IMG/VR virus record: IMGVR_UViG_3300045922_000167
Location: 26,889 to 90,888 of that record
Length of the DNA: 64,000 bases
Source: a virus
Reading direction: 5' to 3' (one strand)
This document shows, in pieces, positions 58,510 to 64,000 of this stretch. The notes below the pieces were generated by a model, which was not told where the DNA came from, did no database searches, and saw only the letters and a list, made by a program, of their open reading frames with translations. Numbering within the stretch: position 1 is the first letter of the stretch; every line of letters begins with the position of its first letter. A program made the translations under genes and the position numbers.

Positions 58510-58785
58510 TCAGTTGTCGTTTTTTACGTTAGCTTCATCATTTATAGCTAACCATTTGTCAATAGGGCATTTTTGGTTTTTCCATTTAGCCTTACTTTCA
58601 AGCACACACTTACAGACACCACATATAGCGGTATCTAATACAGGTAAATGTTCAATCTTATCACACGAGTTACAGGTATTCAACCTTTCTTCGTATACAG
58701 CTTCACTAACGTATTCTGCGTTAGTAGCTACGTCTTTAAGCAGCTGAGTAAAACTCGCTAAGGATTTTTTAATGTCAAAGTTCAT
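58510..58785 (-). CDS. small Cys-rich (DUF6171-like) protein
   Basis: YEERLNTCNSC...CGVCKC...KCPIDKW. Confidence 0.65.
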   Translation of the reverse strand: MNFDIKKSLASFTQLLKDVATNAEYVSEAVYEERLNTCNSCDKIEHLPVLDTAICGVCKCVLESKAKWKNQKCPIDKWLAINDEANVKNDN

Positions 58786-58807
58786 AATTTGTAATATTTA
58801 AATTGTA

Positions 58808-61800
58808 CTACTCTTCGTTTGTATCAGACTTTTTCTTTTTACTGTTTAAATCTTCATCTTGTAGTATAGGTTTTAATATAGACCTAGCAGGTAATACTTG
58901 AACTAAATGTTGAATATTATCTCTCTCAATAGATTTCTTCAAAGAGTGAATAATTTGACCAAAATAAGAAAAAGCGACAGGTGTTGCTTGATTTCCTAAA
59001 CCAATAAAATCTTCAGGATCATACCCAAAACCTACCTCAGCTTTTAATCCTTTCATTAAATTTTTAAGTAGTATGTTTTCTTCCTCATCATCATCATCAC
59101 TTTTACTTGTCATCCAAAATACAATTAAAGCAAACAATCCTACATTCATACTAAACTTATACAAGTTATAATATTGATATTTAGTTAAAGGTTTTCTATC
59201 ATCTGTATGTAATCCACGAATTCTTCTTATTAGCTCTACTATATTATGTAACATAGGTAATTGTGTTACAGCATCATAAATTGAAGCAATTTGACCTTCT
59301 TTTATTTCTATGTTATATAGATATTCAATTTCACCTTCAATTTCTTTTTCGATTAGCTTAGCACTATTTAAATCTAAGTGAGCAGGTCTTATCAGTGCGT
59401 TTAATGCAGGTACTAACCATTTTTTCATTGCAGATACATATCTAAAGAAAGCATGTTTTACGGCAGCAGATTGGTCGTCTAATCTTTGCGTACCATGTAA
59501 TCTTCCTAAGTTAGTAGTTATTCTGGTTACGTCTTGAGAGTTTAATCCGTAATGACTTAATAACCCTTGTTTAGATTGAATAGAAAAGTTGTATGACTTA
59601 TCTCTTGCATTTCTGAATTGAGGATCTTGAGATCTTCCATTACCAGTAAATACTAAAGCACCATCTTTAAATTCATAATCATCCCATATATTTTCATGCT
59701 TTAAGGCAGCAATCATATATGCTGGTTGTACAACCAAATCAAAGTAATGGTTTAGTACAAACAACCAGTTTAGATTTATTTTATTATCTATATTTCTTTC
59801 TTTAGCAGCTGTTAGCAATTTGTAATCAAAAGATACACCTATTATTTTAGCTAATTCCACAGTTTTATTAGTCTCACCAGTAAATATATATTTTAACATA
59901 TCTCTTACTGCAATAGTTTTAGCTTCAGCATATTCTGATGCAGTAAATACTAATCTATCTTTAGTACCTACATATGCGAAATGATCTGTATCGCCGTATC
60001 CAGCTAACTTTTCAGCCACAGATGTAGATATATTATAATATATACCAGTTAGTAAGTTTTTAACAGCATTAACAGGGTTACCACCAAGAAAAGAACTAAT
60101 ACCAGCTATAGTAGTTATACGTAAAAATTTATCAATTCCTTCGTCTACTCTTTGCGCTAAAGATTTTCCAGAAGAATCTATTTTTTCAGAACCAAACAGT
60201 TGTAAAGTACTTTGATAAGCTGTTTCTTTAAAGTGTACGCTAATTAAGTCTTGAACGTACTCTCTAAAGTTTTTAAATATTGGGTTACCATTTATATCTT
60301 TTTCTAAATTGAACACAATACCAACAGCTTCATACAAGTTTGCAATAGGTTGTAAATGTATTTTGTGTACGGCTCTACCTACAAACGCATCAAAAATATC
60401 TGCTACGTTTCTATCGTACATATCTAAGTTGTCATTTTCTTTAGCACTTAGATAAAACAACGGTATCTGAGACCCAGCTTCTTCATCGTAATAACCTATG
60501 TTATGTGCATTACCAAATCCTACATTAATTATATTAGAAATTACGTTCTTTTTATATTTTTTTGGTGCAAAAGATGGAACTAAATGTTCTGCTTTAAGAC
60601 CTTTTAATTTACCCCCTATAGAAATAGTTGATACATTACCATTTATGGTAAACTGAATAGGTTTATCCTCTTTAAGTCCTTGCAATACACTTGTTATAAA
60701 TTTATGGTATTCTTGCTGAGCTGGAGACCAAGTAGCTATAATATCAGGATCAGTTTCAAATTCAAGTAACTTAACACCGTTAGAAACTTTCCACATAAAG
60801 TCAGTTAAAGCTACGCCATAGTCTTCTCCATATTTAATAAATTTAGCGTTTTCTGAAGTCTTGTATTCTTGCTCTAAGTTTTTTAGAAGTTTTACATGAG
60901 CATTTTTTATCGTACTTAAAACACTATTTCTTTGTAATTCAGCATTTACTTTTCTTTGAGATAATTGTTGAATTACAGCGTTATCAACTACTTTTGGATC
61001 AAGTAATTTAGACCAAAAACTAATGTCTAGTCTGCTGGCAGTTCTAACTTTTCTAGACTGCCCTGCATCCATTTCTACAAACTTACCAGTTTTTGGGTTA
61101 TATACCACATTGTCATTTAATATTTTAAATAACTCTTTATGTAATCTTGTGTAGTAAGCTAAATCTGAGCTATGATCATGTAAAGAATGTGCTAAACTAT
61201 TTATAGTTGCTGTGGTTTTATGTAATAAATCTGTAAGTAATTCAGTTAATAGTTGTGGGGTTTTATCTTCGTCTTTACTTTGATTATAAAGTTTAACTAC
61301 CTCAGCAATTTCAGGATTCATATTAAAAAAAGATAAAGAACTTAGATTATCTTTTTTTAATGCAATAAGCGCAGTATCAAGATTTATTGATTCTATATTA
61401 AAACTTACTTGTTTTTCACTTTCATGGAATGCTATAATACCTATATCGTTAAATAAAAGATCTGGATTAGCTTCTTTCATTTCTGTAGCTAAAGACGCTA
61501 AATCAAGACTTACTAAATTATGTATTGTTAATGGTATGTTAGTATTTCCAATTACACCATCAATTAATAAATCATTAGCAGAAGAAGATTCTAATAACGT
61601 ACTATATAAAGAAACAGTACCATTTTTAAAAGTTATTTTAATTATACTTCCTTCCGTATCATTAACTGTATTAATTAACTCTACTGAACTAATTTCAGAA
61701 TCGTAATTTCTGTAAGAAATAGATTCTAATAGTTTTTGTCGTTTATCAGAATTTAAGAAATTATTTAAATTAAAACTTTTTATTTCTAAAACTTTATTTA

Positions 61801-64000
61801 AACTTTCTGATAGCTGAAGACTATTTGTTGATTCTTCATTTTCAGTAGGTACTGGTACATTATTTAATTCTACCGAAATATTAGATGTAGGATATAAAAT
61901 ACTTTCAACAATAGCAGAGTTTAAATTAGAAGAATTCAAACCGCTTGTTAAGTAAGTCATTATAGTACTTGAAGAAAAATTGTTCTTAACTATAGTTCGT
62001 ACACGGTTGTCTATTATTTTCCTAAAGTCTGTAATGTTAGTTATTTTAGCTGTTTTACCTAAATGTACTGGTATATTTAATTTTGGTACCATTTGAACTT
62101 TGCTGCTAAAATAATTAACAGTAGAACCATTAGCAAACATAGCATCTGCTCCTTTCATGTAGCTTACCTCTACGTTGTAGCTAGCTTTTCTATTTACTGA
62201 TGGTCTTGCAATAGGCTTTTCTTTTAATATAGCTTTAGCTAACCCATCAGCGAATTCTTCTAATGTCAAATCTTCTGCATTATACTCATCCCAAAAGTTA
62301 TTGTAGCTTTTATATCCAAACTTGTTAAATAAATCCTTAAAGAAATTCCAAACAGACTTAACTATTCTCAGTATAAACTTGTCAGATTTATTTTCTAGTA
62401 AATACTCTTTCACTGAGTCATCCTGCACAGCAAAAAAGCCAATAGCAGTTACCATAGCTTCTTCTACTTGTGCTTCATAAGTCAGTTCGCTATAATTTTC
62501 TTGAACTGTTTTAAAAAAGTTAGTTGTAACTACTTGAGAAGCTAACTTTTCATAAAGTTTAGGATTCAGATTTTTTAAAGAATCAACAACTACGTGAGCT
62601 ACTTCATGTATAGGAGTTTCTAAAGATACAGTATCTGAGTTTAAATAAATAACACCTTCTTTTCTAGAATATAATCCTTTTACATTAGGATTGTAATTAT
62701 GTTTTAGTAAATAGTCTGTATCTACTGTAACAATAAGAACTCCAGGTATTAACTTATTTAACTTTTCAGATAGTTTTTGTAGCTGAACTTTGTTTATTTC
62801 TGGATCTCTAAAAGTCTCATCTACAAATATTTTTTGTGCAGATGTTTCTTTTTGATTTTCTTTAGATTTTTCTTTTTCTTTATTTTTAGCTTGTTCTTCT
62901 TTACCGTTATGATAAGCTAAACCTTTTCCTTTATATTTAGGATTTCTAAATATTGCATCTTTAATATCTTTAAAAGTCTTTTTAGTATAAGTAGCTCCTT
63001 CTTTGTAACTATAATTAAAAAGACCAGTTTCAAATGTTGCAAATTGAGAAGCAAAATCTTCTAAATACTCGTCTTTAAATCTGTCTCCTTCAAACGCAAT
63101 TTTTTTACCTTCTTCTAAAATAGTAGATAAAAACTCTGCGTATTCACCATGAAAGAATTTAGTAAAATTAGTTTGTTGTAAACTAGTACCTTGAGTTAAA
63201 ATACCATAGTAATATAAAGCTTTAGGAAAATTATCAAGAACATAAAGTTGTTTTTCAGTTAACTCATTTCTTAAGTCTAAATATTTTGGGTCTTCATTTG
63301 TTCTTAAATCATCAAGCTTTTCTTTAAGAGATTCAATACTAGCAGCTATAATATTTTCATTTGCCTTACTACGAATTTTACTCTTAAAAATAAATATATC
63401 TTGTCTGTTAAATTCTTTGTTAAAATCAGAATCTAATTTTTGTAAATTGTTTAAGAAGTAATTACCTAAATTTAAATCTTTTAATTTATTTATAACTACT
63501 TCTACGTTATGTAAAAAGTTACCTTCACCATGAGTTTCACCAAAATCGTTTACGTCTTTATTTTGTACTAAACTAATTAGATAATTATTTATTGATGAAA
63601 TATATCTATGATCAAATTTAGCACCTATACCATGTTTAACTTTTACATTTAAGTTTCCTAAAGCTTCTATTACTCTTCCGTAAGTATTAGAATTTGGTAT
63701 CACTTTACCATCTTTAATTTCATTTTTACCAAATACCCATAATTCTTGTAATGGTAATAACGAATCCATCATACCAGCTAACATTTCTGCATATTCTGGA
63801 GTTTTTATTGGCATTTCTTTACCATCTATTATAGTAGGAGTAACTTCATGTTTACCTGTTTTTGGGTTATAAGTTATTTCACCAAAAATAATTTTAAATA
63901 TTTTAGATAATTGTGGGTTTTCAATTAAAATTTTATTGTATTTTTCTATCATTTTTATTTGATCTGTATAACTAGGGGAATACCCATTAGTTAAAGAGAA
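58808..64000 (-). CDS. giant virion/ejection polyvalent protein with zincin HEXXH domain (5'-truncated by window)
   Basis: Frame is open from 63952 to the window edge; GVIYLN...TPIHEVAH...EEAMV metallopeptidase-like motif; helical C-term with a hydrophobic segment. Confidence 0.7.
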   Translation of the reverse strand, partial: FSLTNGYSPSYTDQIKMIEKYNKILIENPQLSKIFKIIFGEITYNPKTGKHEVTPTIIDGKEMPIKTPEYAEMLAGMMDSLLPLQELWVFGKNEIKDGKVIPNSNTYGRVIEALGNLNVKVKHGIGAKFDHRYISSINNYLISLVQNKDVNDFGETHGEGNFLHNVEVVINKLKDLNLGNYFLNNLQKLDSDFNKEFNRQDIFIFKSKIRSKANENIIAASIESLKEKLDDLRTNEDPKYLDLRNELTEKQLYVLDNFPKALYYYGILTQGTSLQQTNFTKFFHGEYAEFLSTILEEGKKIAFEGDRFKDEYLEDFASQFATFETGLFNYSYKEGATYTKKTFKDIKDAIFRNPKYKGKGLAYHNGKEEQAKNKEKEKSKENQKETSAQKIFVDETFRDPEINKVQLQKLSEKLNKLIPGVLIVTVDTDYLLKHNYNPNVKGLYSRKEGVIYLNSDTVSLETPIHEVAHVVVDSLKNLNPKLYEKLASQVVTTNFFKTVQENYSELTYEAQVEEAMVTAIGFFAVQDDSVKEYLLENKSDKFILRIVKSVWNFFKDLFNKFGYKSYNNFWDEYNAEDLTLEEFADGLAKAILKEKPIARPSVNRKASYNVEVSYMKGADAMFANGSTVNYFSSKVQMVPKLNIPVHLGKTAKITNITDFRKIIDNRVRTIVKNNFSSSTIMTYLTSGLNSSNLNSAIVESILYPTSNISVELNNVPVPTENEESTNSLQLSESLNKVLEIKSFNLNNFLNSDKRQKLLESISYRNYDSEISSVELINTVNDTEGSIIKITFKNGTVSLYSTLLESSSANDLLIDGVIGNTNIPLTIHNLVSLDLASLATEMKEANPDLLFNDIGIIAFHESEKQVSFNIESINLDTALIALKKDNLSSLSFFNMNPEIAEVVKLYNQSKDEDKTPQLLTELLTDLLHKTTATINSLAHSLHDHSSDLAYYTRLHKELFKILNDNVVYNPKTGKFVEMDAGQSRKVRTASRLDISFWSKLLDPKVVDNAVIQQLSQRKVNAELQRNSVLSTIKNAHVKLLKNLEQEYKTSENAKFIKYGEDYGVALTDFMWKVSNGVKLLEFETDPDIIATWSPAQQEYHKFITSVLQGLKEDKPIQFTINGNVSTISIGGKLKGLKAEHLVPSFAPKKYKKNVISNIINVGFGNAHNIGYYDEEAGSQIPLFYLSAKENDNLDMYDRNVADIFDAFVGRAVHKIHLQPIANLYEAVGIVFNLEKDINGNPIFKNFREYVQDLISVHFKETAYQSTLQLFGSEKIDSSGKSLAQRVDEGIDKFLRITTIAGISSFLGGNPVNAVKNLLTGIYYNISTSVAEKLAGYGDTDHFAYVGTKDRLVFTASEYAEAKTIAVRDMLKYIFTGETNKTVELAKIIGVSFDYKLLTAAKERNIDNKINLNWLFVLNHYFDLVVQPAYMIAALKHENIWDDYEFKDGALVFTGNGRSQDPQFRNARDKSYNFSIQSKQGLLSHYGLNSQDVTRITTNLGRLHGTQRLDDQSAAVKHAFFRYVSAMKKWLVPALNALIRPAHLDLNSAKLIEKEIEGEIEYLYNIEIKEGQIASIYDAVTQLPMLHNIVELIRRIRGLHTDDRKPLTKYQYYNLYKFSMNVGLFALIVFWMTSKSDDDDEEENILLKNLMKGLKAEVGFGYDPEDFIGLGNQATPVAFSYFGQIIHSLKKSIERDNIQHLVQVLPARSILKPILQDEDLNSKKKKSDTNEE

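Larger units (their letters stand above)
242..62417. repeat. dispersed bipartite motif (pyrimidine tract)-N-CACTGAG(T/A), at least 28 copies
   Basis: + cores at 242, 8173, 9740, 13204, 17599, 21521, 28297, 31051, 35597, 45460, 56052, 62411; - cores at 4427, 9647, 11638, 13371, 18878, 19147, 23506, 33824, 34506, 40813, 44075, 44758, 53840, 55959, 56996, 58469. Confidence 0.8.

Noticed and set aside
242-62417. CRISPR array or stoperator/Chi interpretation of the CACTGAG repeats
   Set aside because: Copies are kilobases apart with a short core, and orientation is mixed relative to both strand and transcription
1-64000. Stop-codon reassignment (TAG/TGA) as in some crAss-like phages
   Set aside because: Long genes are intact in the standard code, coding density is high, and TAG and TGA end several genes

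Overview
This window is about 64 kb of an AT-rich lytic phage genome with crAss-like (Crassvirales-related) organisation. The host is probably Bacteroidota (TAnnTTTG promoters, A-rich SD-less start regions, SprB-like repeats). The standard genetic code gives dense coding. Layout: (1) 1-10.35 kb minus-strand head/packaging module with putative TerS, TerL, portal, scaffold, major capsid and ring protein; (2) 10.37-10.6 kb repeat-rich divergence point; (3) 10.6-17.5 kb plus-strand early region of small genes separated by densely structured intergenic RNA; (4) 17.5-35.5 kb replication and nucleotide module with PolA, SF2, DnaB-like and Dda/RecD-like helicases, RecT-like annealase, Dcd, primase, RusA-like and PD-(D/E)XK nucleases, DUF5664 and ThyX; (5) 35.6-64 kb minus-strand virion/lysis module with cargo-like proteins, lysin, collagen fibre, holin, seven SprB-repeat Cys-rich proteins and the 3' part of a giant HEXXH protein. 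Best leads: a dispersed bipartite DNA motif (pyrimidine tract + CACTGAG[T/A], at least 28 copies, both strands, mostly inside genes); three divergent NL(T)xH-family paralogs in the early region (possible ring-nuclease-type anti-defence proteins); an Ocr-like DNA-mimic fusion; a tandem SprB-adhesin-like gene array; and multi-hairpin/pseudoknot RNAs between early genes. All family calls come from motif recognition by eye; no searches were run.
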